Source of the DNA: Mobula hypostoma
Lineage: Eukaryota
Reading direction: 5' to 3'
Assembly: GCF_963921235.1 (NCBI RefSeq)
Contig: NC_086107.1
Coordinates: forward strand, 101,496,001-101,560,000
DNA: 64,000 bases
Position 1 is the first letter of the stretch. Every line of letters starts with the position of its first letter. Below are positions 13,546-26,935 of the stretch, piece by piece. The notes below the pieces were generated by a model. That model was not told the DNA's origin. It saw nothing but the letters and a program-made list of their open reading frames with translations, and did no database searches. The position numbers and the translations under genes were made by a program.

Positions 13546-13959
13546 GCCCAGTGTCCCCAGGGTCAATTCCTGTCGCTGTCTGTAAGGTCTCCTCCCACAT
13601 TCCAAAGACCAGTAGGTTAGTAAGTTAAATGGTCACGTGGGTGTAACTGGGCAGACTGGCCTCGTTAGGCTGGATGGGCCTGTTAGTGTACTGTTTCTCT
13701 CACAAAAATTAATAAGTAAATTGTGTCAGTATGTGTGAGTGAGAGAGAGAGAGAGAGAGAGAGTGTGACTGTATACAGACACATTCATTCATACACTGAT
13801 AGAGTATTCACCTTCTACAAGCATATAGACACAGACTCATTCAGCTCGACATGCCTGTATGCACACACACATTCATGAACGCACGTATGTTCACAGCAGA
13901 ACAGGGCTGCAGGTAAGGGCAGTGTAAAGGAGTTTCGTACACAGGGGAGTTGCACATTA

Positions 13960-14402
13960 GAGGGCTATATGCAGAGGGCTGTGTACATGGGTGCTCTGTA
14001 CCATAGGACTGCACACAGGAAGGCTGTGTATAGGAAGGTTGCATACAGGAGGGCTGTGTACAAGAGGACTGTGTATGAGAGTGTGATGTATAGGTGGCCT
14101 GTGTACAGGAGAGCTCTATACAGGAAGGTGGTGTACAGACTGCAGTGTATAGGAAGGATTGTGTATAAAAGGGACTGTGTATATGAGGGTGGTGTACAGA
14201 AGGGACTGTGTGCAAGAGGGACTGTGTATAGGAGGGTGGGGTACAGAGGGCTGTGTACAGAAGGGACTGTGTGCAAGAGGGACTGTGTATAGGAGGGACT
14301 GTTTGCAAGAGAGACTGTGTATAGGAGGGATTGTGTGCAAGACGGACTGTGTGCAAGAGGAACTGTGTACAGAAGGGACTGTGTACAGAGGGCTGTGTGT
14401 AG
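13960..14402. repeat. Degenerate minisatellite, ~18-20 bp unit (agggactgtgtatagg / gtgcaag)
   Basis: Repeated ggactgtgt(a/g) cores. Confidence 0.85.
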
Positions 14403-14697
14403 ACTGACCACATACATGGGATTGCTGTTTTCCTGGTACGTTGCCTCTGACTGCAGATCATTCTGGATCGGCTCAGGGGAGCAACCGTTCGACAGAGTGG
14501 CAGTGCCTGACTGTAATCGCCAATGTCTTCATTCATATTCCTGCAGCTCCTCTCGGGGAGAGCGGAGCTGTCCCTGGGGGGGTTGTGTTGACTTACTGTC
14601 TGTGGGCCAGGAATCGATTCCAGCCGCACTCTGCCTGTCACAGGAATCGTTGGCTGGGTTTTAATCTCAGCGTACATCAGAGCATATTGGCAGACTA

Positions 14698-15110
14698 GAG
14701 GGAAGAGGGAGGAGTGAGTGGAGGGGTTTGGGATGGAGGGGGTGGGAAGGGTGGAGGCGGAGAGATGAAGTGGAGGGAGTGGGGTGGGGACTGAGGGAGA
14801 GAGGCAATTGGAGTGAAGGAGGAGGGGTAGGAGGTGGAGAGCAGAGTGGGTAGGAGTGGAGGGATGGGGTGGGGAGGAGGAGGGGCATGTGCATTGGCAG
14901 GGGAATGGATGGGGGGGTGTTGGGGACAGGGCTAGGAGTAGGGGGTAGGACGGGCTTTGGCCGTCCTGTAAGCGACGGCACCCACGCACCCACACCGAAT
15001 GGCAGCTGGTCCAGAGGGTAAGGGTGGGGAACTGTGGATTTGATGTGAGGGGATGAAGTGATGGTGGGGAGGGGAGAAGATATGGTGTGGGGGGTGGTTG
15101 ATGGTGGGGG
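14698..15110 (+). repeat. G/purine-rich low-complexity tract (G-quadruplex potential)
   Basis: Many GGG-GGGG runs with short spacers. Confidence 0.75.
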
Positions 15111-15399
15111 AATGGGACACACCAAGGAGCAGCGAACAGAACCCCTCATGGACTGACCCATCCCTGTCGTCTTAGGAACCCATTGACTCGACAGCTGGAC
15201 AAGCCCACGGGGGGGGGGGCGCAATACAATTGGGAGGGTTGTGATGCGCAGAGGTGTCTGGTTAATAAATCACCCACTTTGGAGTCTACAACGATGCAGG
15301 CCCTCCTCAACTCCAAGAGACTACTGAAGCAAACGTTAAGAGGTACCGGTAAGAGGTTAGGATGGGGAACAGAAGAAGAGGGGAAGGGGAGGGAAACTC

Positions 15400-15735
15400 T
15401 TTTCTAACCATAAGAGAAATCGATACTCATGCCATCAGGTTGGAGGCTACCAGATGGAGTATAAGATGTTGCCTCTCCGCCCTGATGAAGGCCTCATCTT
15501 GGCACAAGAGGAGGCCCTAGACCAACATGTCAGAACGGGAATGGGAATGGGAATTAAAATCATTGGTTACCGGGAAGTTCCGCCTTTGGCGGAGGGTGAG
15601 GAGGTGCTTGGCAAGGTGGTTCCCCAATTTACAAGGAGTCTCTCCATTGTAGAGGAGGCCACATTGGGAGCACCAGACACAATAGACAACCTCAAAAGAT
15701 TTGCAGGTGAAGTATTGCCTCACCTGGAAGATCTG
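15400..15735 (-). mobile_element. Penelope-like GIY-YIG fragment
   Basis: QYFTCKSFEVVYCVWCSQCGLLYNGET. Confidence 0.85.
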
Positions 15736-16169
15736 TATGGGGGTGAGAGAGGACTTCCTTAATGTGTGTGACTTTGTTTAACATGGGGAGGCTGATGCAT
15801 ATCATCTCCTGTGTTTGTAGCTGCCACCCCCCACCACAGCTTTCTCTTTGTTTCATCAGTGCTTTTACAACCAATTCTTTTACAATTTTGTCTCTCCGAA
15901 ACTCTGTAATCTGACATGCCATCTCCGCTGTTGCTTACTTCTCTGCCCTTTTTATCCCTCAGACGGTCTTCAGTTCATTCTTCTTCGGAAGTCCATACAA
16001 CCTTGATCTCCTCACCCTGTTGGTCACGTTACTGTCCGGAATGGCTGGGAGGTGGGACACCTCGGTGCTCAAAGGATGAGAGATAAAAACCCCAAAGCTG
16101 AGCACGGAGTTATGGCTGGTCCTCTTCACGCAGTACTGCAACGTCGTAAATGATGCATTCATATGGAAC

Positions 16170-16415
16170 AGAAGAGATTCTGCAGATGCTGGAAGTCCAG
16201 AGTAACTCACAGAGAGTTCTGGAGGAACTCAACAGGTCAGGCAGCATCTATGGAGAGGAATTAACAGTCGATGTTTTGGGCTGAGACACTTCATCAAGAC
16301 TCATCATTAGGTCATTCACGACTAATCGTCATTCATGAGGTCTTGATGAAGGGTCTCGGCCCACAATGTTGACTGTTTATTCCTGTCCTGCTGAGTTCCT
16401 CCAGCGTTTGGTGTG
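16170..16415. mobile_element. Palindromic (head-to-head) Penelope terminal-repeat derivative
   Basis: Two inverted copies of the hammerhead-bearing terminus (16265-16300 minus, 16339-16375 plus). Confidence 0.8.
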
Positions 16416-17109
16416 ATTTGCTTTAAACAGAGTCCCAGTCCACTATCCCGAGTGGATGTAAACAGAAGCCATAAGACCATAAGACATAGGAGCAGAATTA
16501 GGCCATTCAGCCCATCGAGTCTGCTCCACCATTCCATCATGACTGATCCTGGATCCCACTCAACCCCGTACAGTTGCCTTCTCACTATATCCTTTGATGC
16601 CCTGACCGATAAGGAAACGATCATCTTCCGCCTTAAGTATACCCATGGAGTTGTCTCCCACCGCAGTCTGTGGCAGAGCATTCCATAAAAAAGTTCCTCC
16701 TTACCTCTGTTTTAAAAGGTTGCCCCTCAATTTTGAGGCTGTGTCCTCTCAGTCTGGATACCCCACCACAGGAAACGTTCTCTCCACATCGACCCTATCT
16801 AGTCCCTTCAACTTTTGGTAAGCTGCAGAGTTCTTCCTCAGAATTTATCTCTCTGCCAATGTCACTGAAAAGGTTTAATTACCAAAGTGTAGTGTTGTGA
16901 TGTTATGTTGGTTCATTTCTTTATCAATCCTTCTTTGAGATTGTTCATAATTCTGAGCATGCCCTATATTGTTGGTCAGTCATTGTTCATCAGTGAACCT
17001 GTATTACTAGGGACCTGCAGAGACCTTCTCCAGGTAAAGATCCTGGCCAGCTTACGACGGGGTTATGTTTCTGTGAACTGTTTGCAACCTGAATGGTTCA
17101 TGAATCCTT

Positions 17110-18112
17110 ATCGAGGGGTCAGCAGTGGGGAGGGTGAACAGATTCACGTTCCAGGGTGCCAGCATCTCTGAAGGTCAATCCTGGTCCCAGCGTATTGATG
17201 CAATCACAAAGAAGGCATGCCACTGGCCCTTCTTCATTAGGAGCCTGAGGAGGTTTGGTGTGTGACCAAAGACTCTAGCAAGTTTCTATAGATGTAACCA
17301 TATAACCATATAACAATTACAGCACGGAAACAGGCCATCTCGGCCCTTCTAGTCCGTGCCGAACTCTTACTCTCACTTAGTCCCACCGACCCGCACTTGG
17401 CCCATAACCCTCCATTCCTTTCCTGTCCATATATCTATCCAATTTAACTTTAAACAACAACATCGAACCTGCCTCAACCACTTCTGCTGGAAGCTCGTTC
17501 CACACAGCTACCACTCTCTGAGTAAAGAAGTTCCCCCTAAACTTTTGCCCTTTAACTCTCAACTCATGTCCTCTTGTTTGAATCTCCCCCCATTCTCAAT
17601 GGAAAGAGCTTATCCACGTCAACTCTATCTATCCCCCTCATAATTTTAAATACCTCTATCAAGTCCCCCCTCAACCTTCTACGCTCGATGATGTACCATG
17701 GAGAGCATTCTAACTGGTTGCATCATGGTCTGGTATTGGCAGGGGTTGGTGGGGAGGTCCTTCATGGATATTAGTCTCCCCACCTTCAAGGGCATCTTCA
17801 AAGGGCAATGCCTCTAACCGACATCCATCGTTAGGGGCTCCCATCACCCAAGGCATGCCCTCTCCTCATTGCTATCATCAGGAAGGAGGTACAGGAGCCT
17901 GAAGACACAAACTCAGTGTTTCAGGAACAACTTCTTCCCCTCTGCCATCTGATTTCTGAATGGGCAATGAACACTACCTCACTATTTTCGCTCTTGTTAA
18001 ATTTTATATATTTTCTTATTATAATTTATAGTATATTTTATGCATTGCACAGTACTTCTGTCACAAAATAATAAATTTCATAACATATGCTAATAAACAT
18101 AATTCTGATTCT
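17110..18112 (+). mobile_element. Rex1/Babar-like LINE 3' fragment (interrupted by CR1)
   Basis: FRYR/ESILTGCI..WYW and PSGRRYRSL-type remnants, tail ending taataaacataattctgattctg. Confidence 0.8.
17297..17689 (-). mobile_element. CR1 3' fragment with 6-bp TSD GATGTA
   Basis: GNFFTQRVVAVWNELPAEVVEAG; (accatata)n tail; GATGTA at 17291-17296 and 17690-17695. Confidence 0.88.
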
Positions 18113-19464
18113 GTTGGAAATGCGGCCGTGAACTAGCTTCCCACCCGGCAGAAGACTCCTACAGTTCCACAGCAGCTGGCAAATCCATCCCACTGTTCGC
18201 CCGCGTGTTTGTTCCTGTATATAGGCTGTACACAGTTCAGGCATTCATAGGCTGTGGGGAGTCTGAACCTGTCTCTTTGACTCAGTGCTGCCTGCCAGGG
18301 GTTTGGTGTGTGGGAACTCGTTGAGACCTTTCTGGGGTGATGACCACAGGCAGGAAGTGCCCATCCTGTCCTGAAGTAGGTCCAGCGTCCCATCTTCTCT
18401 CCTGCGTGCTTCCCTTCAGCACCAAGCGTGGCCCTCGTCTCCTAGCTAAAGGAACTCTCACACAAGCACCACGAGACGGTGCCCGCTGCTGACGTGCACT
18501 CCCTGCCCTGTCTCTGGCTCGGAGCGGCCCAGGGGTGTTGGGGCTTCCTGCAGGCCCGGAGGAAGTTGCTGGAGCCTGGGTTCTGGTGCTGGGCAGAGCT
18601 GAGATCTGGATGGTGGGAGGAAACTGCAGCACCCAGTGGAAGCCCACACATCCATGGGGAGGATGTACTGCAGGCACTGGAAATGAACTCTGAACTCTGG
18701 AATGCCCTGAGCTGTAATAGCGTCGCACTAACTGCTACGTTACCGTGGCAACCACACTGGTGTATCGATGGGAAGCATTGTGACTGGTTGCATCAGAGCC
18801 TGGGCATGGGAACTGCAATGCACAGGACTGCAGGTGGCTACGGACTCAGCCATTTCCAGCACCCCCCCACCATTGAGGGCGACTACATGAGGTGATGTCT
18901 CGGGAGGCTATACCATGCCCTCTTCCCAACGCTGCCATCAGGTAGGAGGTACAGGAGCCTCCAGGTTCAACAACAGCTTCTTCCCCACTGTCAGCAGGTT
19001 CTTGAACCAACCTGAAAAGTCCAACGCTACCTTGAAATGCATTTCTTTTACCCTCTCTCAGCTTGTACTGGTGGTCATTGTGTTTATGTTGTTATGTAGA
19101 TTATGCTTAACCTATGTTTGTCGTCAATTATGTTTATCATGTACTGTGCTGCTGCTGTTGTAAGAAGCTAATTCTCATGCCAGGTATGTACGTAGGTCTG
19201 TAGGCTTGTGTCATAGCTAACTCGAACATGGGGCTTCTGATGTTAATAATGGTATGGGAGCTCGCCCATGTACTGGAGTGTTCGTATCCTGGGAACTGCG
19301 TGTAAATGTCTCACTTAGAAAATGGAGAACGTCACCACACCTTACTCCAAGGTGACCCATGACTCTCAGCGGTATTATTTCAGAGAACCTGACAAGTGTA
19401 ATTACAAATGAAACACAGCAGTGCCTTCTGCTTCCTTACGAGTTTCCATAGATTTGTTACGACC

Positions 19465-20055
19465 TCTAAAACTTTGACAAACTTTTGTAGATGAGTAGTG
19501 GAGAGTTTATTGACTGGGTGGTATGGAAACACCAAAGCCCTTGAATGGAAAATCCTACAAAAAATACTGGATACGGCCCCAGTCCATCACCGGTAAAGCC
19601 CTCCCCTCCATTGAGCATGTCTACATGCACATTGCCGCAGGAAAACAGTATCCATCGTCAGGGACCCCCACCCCCCAGGACATGCTCTCCTCTCGCTGCT
19701 GCCATCAGGAAGAAGGTACAGGAGCCTCAGGACCCACCACCACAAGGTTTAGAAACATTTATTGAACCAGCAGGGATAACCTCACTCAACTTCACATGGT
19801 CCCATAATCTAGGGACTCACTTTCAGGGACTCTTTATCTCATATTCTTAATATTTATTGCTTCTTTATTTATTTTTATTATTTCCATTGTTTTAGTATTT
19901 GCTCAGTTTATTGTCTTTTGCTCATTGGTCGAATGTCCAAATTGGTGCAGTCTTTCATTGACTCTATTATGGATTTATTGTGATGGATTTACAAGAAAAT
20001 GAATCTCAGGGTTGTATATGGTGACTTTAATGTACTTTGATAATAAACTTATTTT
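19465..20055 (+). mobile_element. Rex1/Babar-like LINE 3' fragment
   Basis: QSITGKALPSIEHVY and ctgccatcaggaagaaggtacaggagcctc; tail tttgataataaact. Confidence 0.8.
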
Positions 20056-21789
20056 GTACTGTATGTTAAGGCCATCTGGGGAGGAAGGTCCCACGTTGTT
20101 TTCTCTCCTGCCGGAAACAACAGGCGCAATTCTCTGTTCCGCCTGGCTACTGTACTTTGAACTTTGATCCAGCTGGTGTAGCTGCTGCCTCACCGCCTGG
20201 AGATCCAGGTTCGATCCTGACCTCAGGTGCTCCCTGTGTGGAATTTGCACACTGTCCCTGTGACCACCTGGATTTCCTCCAGTGACTGCCTCCACAGCCG
20301 CTGGGGTGGAAATTTCTAGCATTAATCACCTCCCCCCACCCCTCACCCTGTTACCCAGATGAAAACATTTCGTCTCATCTCCATTCTGAAAGTCTGGGGC
20401 CTCTATCCTGGGGCTATGACCCCTGCCAAAATCCTCCATTTTATTTCACATTTTCTTCCATTCTGCTGTGCAGTTTTACATTTAATGTATGATTCTCTCT
20501 AGTGATAGAATTTCAGTCTCCTTCCAGTCGTGGTTGGGCTGACATGTAGAAGGCGGCTTTGGATCCATTCCTTCCCCTAATGAAATGCCCTCAGGCCTGA
20601 TGTATATTTCATTGCAAAGTCTGATGTGCTCTGTTGGTGCTGAAATGATATGTGTTGTTTGGAAGAAGAGGGTGATTGATTTGATTTTCTCTCTCAGCCT
20701 CTCTCCTTGAACCCAGCCAAGGTAAATACTGTGTGGACACTGCATCTGATGGATGGTTAGTGGTGAACTCCTGATGGTAAATGGTCGTAAACTAATCCAC
20801 AATCCTGTACACACACAGACACACACACACACACACTGTCTCTCCCACACACACACATTCTCTCTCTCTCGTGCTCACACACACGGACACAAGTCGAATC
20901 CTGTGTTTGTTGATGAGCTATTAAGACTAGAGTTTAAAACGAGTGATAGAATTGATCCACGGTCTGGATGCCAATTTCTCTGCCCTCCTTTGCCTGGCTG
21001 AATCCATCGCCTTCCCACTGCTGCTTATTAGAACGGGCTGCTTCTCAGAGTCTGAATTACATCAACACAGTTCTGTTTAAACACTTGACATTTGTTACCC
21101 AATAGTGATGTCTTTGGCTCCCAATGAGACGCAGTGGCTGTGATTCCTCAACTGTTGTCCTCGGTCTGGATCAGCAGCGGCTGGGGAACTCACTGTCCTG
21201 AAGGGGGTGGGGCAATGGTGGCGTTCAGCTCCCCCCAGTACCAGGGACGGGAACAATCAGGCCCCACCGAGATCCAATCTAGTGCCAGGGAGGTCCTCCT
21301 GAACCCCCAGTCAGTCCTCCAGCATTGATCCCGGTCCCAGACTGGCACTGAACTCTCGCCAGGTGCTGTTCCTCTCCAGGACAGAGAGTGCATCATTGCG
21401 TGGGGGAGGGGGGCGGGTGATCTGTAACTTTGATAACGGGTAATAGAACTCTGAGTTTTCCTGTAGGTTCTGTCACAGGGAAGATGACTGAACAAAGACC
21501 TAATCATTCATCTGAAGATGGCAAATTAGAATTTTCTCTGTATCTGAGGAATCATCTTCAGAATAAAACATTATAATGGAGTCATCCAGCACAGAAACAA
21601 GCCAGTTGGCCCACTGCGTTCATCCTAACCATCAGTCACCCATCTATAGTAATAATATTCTCCAGCATTTGGCCCGTGGCCCTTCAAGAGCTTACTGAGA
21701 ATCTTCAGAGCTGTGAGAGTCCTTGCCTCTGCCGCACACAGTGTCCCAGATTCCAACCAGCCCCTGAGTGGGGAAATTCCTCCTCAAAC

Positions 21790-22508
21790 CTGGGTGTCAT
21801 TATACACCAGTCATTGAAAGTGGGCATGCAGGTACAGCAGGCGGTGAAAAAGGCGAACGGTATGCTGGCATTTATAGCGAGAGGATTCGAGTACAGGAGC
21901 AGGGAGGTACTACTGCAGTTGTACAAGGCCTTGGTGAGACCACACCTGGAGTATTGTGTGCAGTTTTGGTCCCCTAATCTGAGGAAAGACATCTTTGCCA
22001 TAGAGGGAGTACAAAGAAGGTTCACCAGATTGATTCCTGGGATGGCAGGTCTTTCATATGAAGAAAGACTGGATGAACTGGGCTTGTACTCGTTGGAATT
22101 TAGAAGATTGAGGGGGGATCTGATTGAAACGTATAAGATCCTAAAGGGATTGGACAGGCTAGATGCGGGAAGATTGTTCCCGATGTTGGGGAAGTCCAGA
22201 ACGAGGGGTCACAGTTTGAGGATAGGGGGGAAGCCTTTTAGGACCGAGATTAGGAAAAACTTCTTCACACAGAGAGTGGTGAATCTGTGGAATTCTCTGC
22301 CACAGCAAACTGTTGAGGCCAGTTCATTAGCTATGTTTAAAAGGAAGTTAGATATGGCCCTTGTGGCTACAGGGGTCAGGGGGTATGGAGGGAAGGCTGG
22401 GTTCTGAGTTGGATGATCAGCCATGATCATAATAAATGGCGGTGCAGGCTCGAAGGGCCGAATGGCCTACTCCTGCACCTATTTTCTATGTTTCTATGTT
22501 TCTATGTT
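21790..22508 (+). mobile_element. Young CR1 LINE, 5'-truncated, open ORF2 C-terminus
   Basis: LGVIIHQSLK...LYKALVRPHLEYCVQFWSP...FFTQRVVNLWNSLP; (tttctatg)n octamer tail. Confidence 0.93.
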
Positions 22509-23679
22509 TTAACCTCTTGCACTTACCTTGAATGACACCGAAACTCAGATTCCTCTGTAGTGAGGTAAAGGTTCATGCTCTCTGCTCTTATCCACAAGAT
22601 GAAGGAGCACGATGAGATCATTCGGACTGTCGATTCTGCTCTGCTATTGAATCATGGCAGAATTATTTCTCCCTCAGCTCCATCCTCGCCCCTTCTCCCC
22701 GTAACCTTGGACATCCTACTGATTGAGAATCTACCAAACTCCGCTGTAAATATACCCACTGACTTGGCCTCCATCGCCATCAGTGGCAATGAATTCCACA
22801 GATTCACCACCCTCTGGCTAAAGAAATTCCTCCTCTTCTCTTTTGTTAAGGAACATCCTTCTGTTCCAATGTTGTGTTGTCACTCTATTGGAAACATCCT
22901 CTCCATGTCCACTCTATCTCAGCCTTTCAATGTTTGATAGGTTTCAGTGAGATTCCCCCCTCATTCTTCTAAACACCATGCTCCTTATAATTTCAAACAT
23001 TTTATTCTATTCCCCCTCCAAGGGAAATAGCCCCTGTCTATTCAGAGTCCTTTATTAAGGAAAGCATTCCATCCAAACAACATGCTGGTCAATCTCCTCT
23101 GCACCGTCTCCGTCTTCCTGTCGTGTGTTCAACTGACACATTATGCCAACTGTCTCCATTTAACTAATATTCCTCTTCAGTACCCCTGCTCAAGACAGAC
23201 TCACTTTCCACCTTGTGTCTGTCACCCAGGACATGCCCTCACTGTTACCATCAGGAAGGAGGCACACACTCACCGATTCAAGAACAGCTTCTTGCCCTCT
23301 GCCATCCAATTTCTAAATGGACATTGAACCCATGAACACTACCTCACTTTTGTATTATTTCTGTTTTTGCACTATTTTTAATTTAACAATGTAATATACA
23401 TATGTATACTTATTGTAATTGATTTTTTTTTACTATTCCTCTATATTTAACGTGTATTTCATTGTTCTGCAGCCGCTGTTAACAGATTTCACGACATATG
23501 CTGGTGGTATTATCCCTGATTCTGAATCTGTCTGCACGTTTGTCCCGCCTGCTTGCTAGTCGTCTCCATGTCTCTCTCTGCAGACCAGTGTCCTCCACAG
23601 AACTTGCCTCTTTTATATTATTATTAAACTTGGCTTCAATGCACCCAATCCCTTCAGATTTAGTGACTATGGTAGAGAC

Positions 23680-24570
23680 ATAGAGTCACAGAAAATGACA
23701 GCACTGAAAACAGTCCCTTCAGCCCATCTAGGCCACCCTGATCCATTTAAACTGCCTCATCCCATCGACTGGCACTATAACCTTCCGTACCCCTCCCATC
23801 CATGTACCTATCCAAACTTCTCTTAAACATTGAAATCAAGATCGCATCCACCACTCGCGCTAGCAGCACGATCCATCCTCTCACCACCCTCTGAGTGAAG
23901 AAGTTTCCCCCTTATTTCACCTTTCACTCTTAACCCATGTCCTCTACTTGTAGTCTCACCCAACCTCAGTGGAAAAAGCCAGCTATCGATACCCCTCATA
24001 ATTTTGTATACCTCTATCAAATCTCCTCTCAATCGTCTACATTCTAAAGAATACAGTCCAAACTTTCGGAGGGTAGGCCTCAAAATCCCCGGCTTTGCCT
24101 GCTGTTGGCGACCGAGGTTGAGGTCAAATCGCTCGGACAGAGATGGCGCTCAGTACTCGGTGTCGGAGAGCTGATCAGAGCTCGAAGTTTTCGGATGACT
24201 CAGAGTCGGACTGTGGTCGGCGTGGCAGGGAGAGTTTTTCTTCCTTCTCCCATTTGCGTGAGATGTGGGACATTTGAGAGACTTTGAACTTTTTACTGTG
24301 CTCATGGACTTCTTCATCAAGTTATGGTATTGTTGCACTGTTTGTAACTATATGTTATAATTATGTGGTTTTGTCAGTGTTTTCAGTCTTGGTCTGTCCT
24401 GTGTTTTGTGATATCACATCGGAGGAAATATTGTATCATTTCTTAATGCATGCATTACTAAATGACAATAAAAGAGGACTGCGTGTCTTCATAATCTATC
24501 TAAACCTGTTCAATCTTTCCTTATAACTCAGGTCCTCCAGTCCCAGCAACATCCTCATAAATTTTCTCTG
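23680..24570 (-). mobile_element. CR1 3' fragment interrupted by an unclassified insertion (~24064-24500)
   Basis: GLYSLECRRLRGDLIEVYKIMRGID; CR1 sequence resumes at taaacctgttcaatc (24501). Confidence 0.8.
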
Positions 24571-24749
24571 TAGTCTTTTCAATCTAATTTAATGAATGTA
24601 GCTGGAAAATAATTTATAATCAGAATAAGTTTTATTATCACTGTCCTGTATGATGTGGGATTAGTTGTTTTGTGGCAGTAGTACAGTGCAGAGATGTAAA
24701 ATTACTTTAAATTGCAAAATAAATACTGTAAGCAGTGCACATAAAAAGG

Positions 24750-26125
24750 AACACACACAAAATGCCGGAGGAACTCAGCAGACCAGGCAGCATTTTTTGG
24801 AAAATACTTTTTAAGAAAAAGGGCACAGTTGATGTTTCTGGCCGAGACCCTTCATCAGGACTGGAGTAAAAAAGAATGAGGAGTCAGGGTTAAAAGGTGG
24901 GGGGAGGGAAGGAAGGAGCACAAGGTGTTGGGTAAAACCAGGGGGAGGGCGTGAAGTAAAGAGCTGGGAAGCTGATTGGTGAAAGAGATACAGGGCTGGA
25001 GAAGGGGGAGTCTAATCTAAAGATTAGAAAGAAGCTGAAGAAATTTCGCCTGTCCCCTAAAACCCTCACTAATTTTTATAGATGCACCGTAGAAAGCATT
25101 CTTCTAGGGTGCATCACGACCTGATATGGAAGTTGTCCTGTCCAAGACCAGAAGAAGCTGCAGAAGATCGTGAACACAGCGCAGCACATCACACAAACCA
25201 ATCTTCCATCCTTGGACTCACTTTATACTGCACGCTGTCGGAGCAGTGCTGCCAGGATAATCAAGGACACGACCCACCCAGCCAACACACTTTTTGTCCC
25301 TCTTCCCTCCGGGAGAAGATTCAGGAACTTGAAGACTTGTACAGCCAGATTTGGGAACAGCTTCTTTCCAACTGTGATAAGACTGCTGAACAGATCTGGG
25401 CTGTACCCTCCAAATATCTGGACCGTACCCTCCAAATATCTGGACCTGCCTCTCGGTTTTTTTGCACTACCTTACTTTCCATTTATCTATTTTCTATTTA
25501 TGATTTATAATTTAAATTTTTAATATCTACTATCGATTTGTAATCCAGGGAGCGCGAAGCGCAGAATCAAATATCGCTGTGATGATTGCACGCTCTAGTA
25601 TCAATTGTTTGGCGACAATAAAGTAAAGTAAAGTCAAGTAATTGAAGAGGACAGAAGTCCATGGAAGAAAGAAAAGGGGGAGAGGAGTACCAGAGGCAAG
25701 GAGATCAGGTGAGAGAGGGAAAATGGGATGGGGAATGGTGAAGGAGGGGAGGGGATGCATTACTGCAAGTTCAAGAAGTTCATGCCATCAGGTTGGAGGC
25801 TACCCAGACAGAATATAAGGTGTTGCTCCTCCAGCCAGAGTGTGGCCTCATCACGACAGGAGAGGAGGCCATGGATAGACATATCGTAATGGGAATGGGA
25901 AGTGGAAGTAAAATGGGTGGCCACTGGGAGATTCCGCTCGTTCTGGCAGATGGAGTGTAGGTGCTCGGCGAAGCCGTCTCTGAATCTATGCTGGGTCTCA
26001 CTGATACGCAAGAGGCCACAGTGGGAGCACCGGATACAGTAGATGACTCACAGGTGAAGTGTCACCTCACCTGAAAGGACTGTTTGGGGCCCTGAATGGT
26101 AGTGAGGGAGGAGGAGTAGGGTCAG
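24750..26125 (-). mobile_element. Penelope-like element interrupted by a Rex1-like LINE
   Basis: Hammerhead terminus 24826-24863; GIY-YIG remnant ETQHRFRDGFAEHL...LEEQHLIF at 25760-26011. Confidence 0.85.
25028..25637 (+). mobile_element. Young Rex1/Babar-like LINE 3' end
   Basis: AQHITQTNLPSLDSLYTARC...IIKDTTHP...LPSGRRFR...FGNSFFPTVIRLLN; (aaagt)n tail; nearly identical to 54058-54760. Confidence 0.9.
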
Positions 26126-26429
26126 GTCTTTTGTGCTGCATCAGATCCAGAGTAACAATTATTTCATCCTCCTTTACACTTGTTGGAAATAACATTAAAC
26201 AATCTTGAATCTTGAATCAAACCTGAATTATTCTATACTTAGAGTGACTTAAGCCACTATAACCAAATGTCATATTGCTCGTGGCAAACTTTACAATTCA
26301 GAAAGTGGTTTATCTGTGATCCAGCGCTGAAGTCCTAAAACATACAATTCTATGGTATCTAATTCTCAGAACTCCTGGGAGCCGTGTAGTGTTTTCAAAG
26401 CAGACACTGTGGTGGAAGGAACCGCAGAA

Positions 26430-26935
26430 GTCAAAGTTCAAAGTTCCAAGTAAATTTATTATCCAAGTCCATATATGATGCCATATATTAAATTGAGATT
26501 CATTTTCTTGCAGGCATTTGCCGGAAAAAAGAAACAGAATGGAGCTAACGGGAAAAGTGTACGTAAACAACGGCTGGCAAACAGCCAGTGTTTAAAAGGA
26601 GACACACTGTGCAAACAGAAACAAGAGTGTGAGTTGTAAAGTCAAAATGAGTTTGTAGGTTGTCAGAGCAGGTGGGGATTGAAGTTATTCAGGCCGGTTC
26701 AGAAGCCTGATGTCTGAGGGGTAATTACTGTTCCTGAAGCTGGTGGGGTGGGACCTGAGGCTTCTGCACCTCTTTCCTGATGGTAGTAGTGATGCATGGT
26801 CTGGATGGTGGGGGTCTTTGGTGATGGATGCTGCTCTCTTGTGGCAGGGGTTCTTGTAGATGTGCTTAACGGTGGGGAGGGCTTTGCCGGTGATTGACTG
26901 GGTTGTATCCATCACTTTCTGTTGGCTTTTTCATC
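26430..26935 (-). mobile_element. Rex1/Babar-like LINE 3' fragment
   Basis: QSITGKALP...AASITKDPHHP...LPSGKRCRSL. Confidence 0.8.

Noticed and set aside
13960..14402. Short repeats superficially like a CRISPR array
   Set aside because: Tandem degenerate units without unique spacers, no cas genes, vertebrate context.
13841..14995. 384-aa ORF
   Set aside because: Mostly minisatellite and C-rich low complexity; only a 98-nt internal piece is kept as a weak exon candidate.
15940..16150. Unique segment with splice-like signals on both strands
   Set aside because: All frames hit stops and no homology was recognised; a non-coding exon cannot be excluded.
21190..21507. ORF containing PWYWGEL, like the start of a SOCS-type SH2 domain, next to a GTGAGT donor
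   Set aside because: No FLVRDS-type motif or matching neighbouring exon found.
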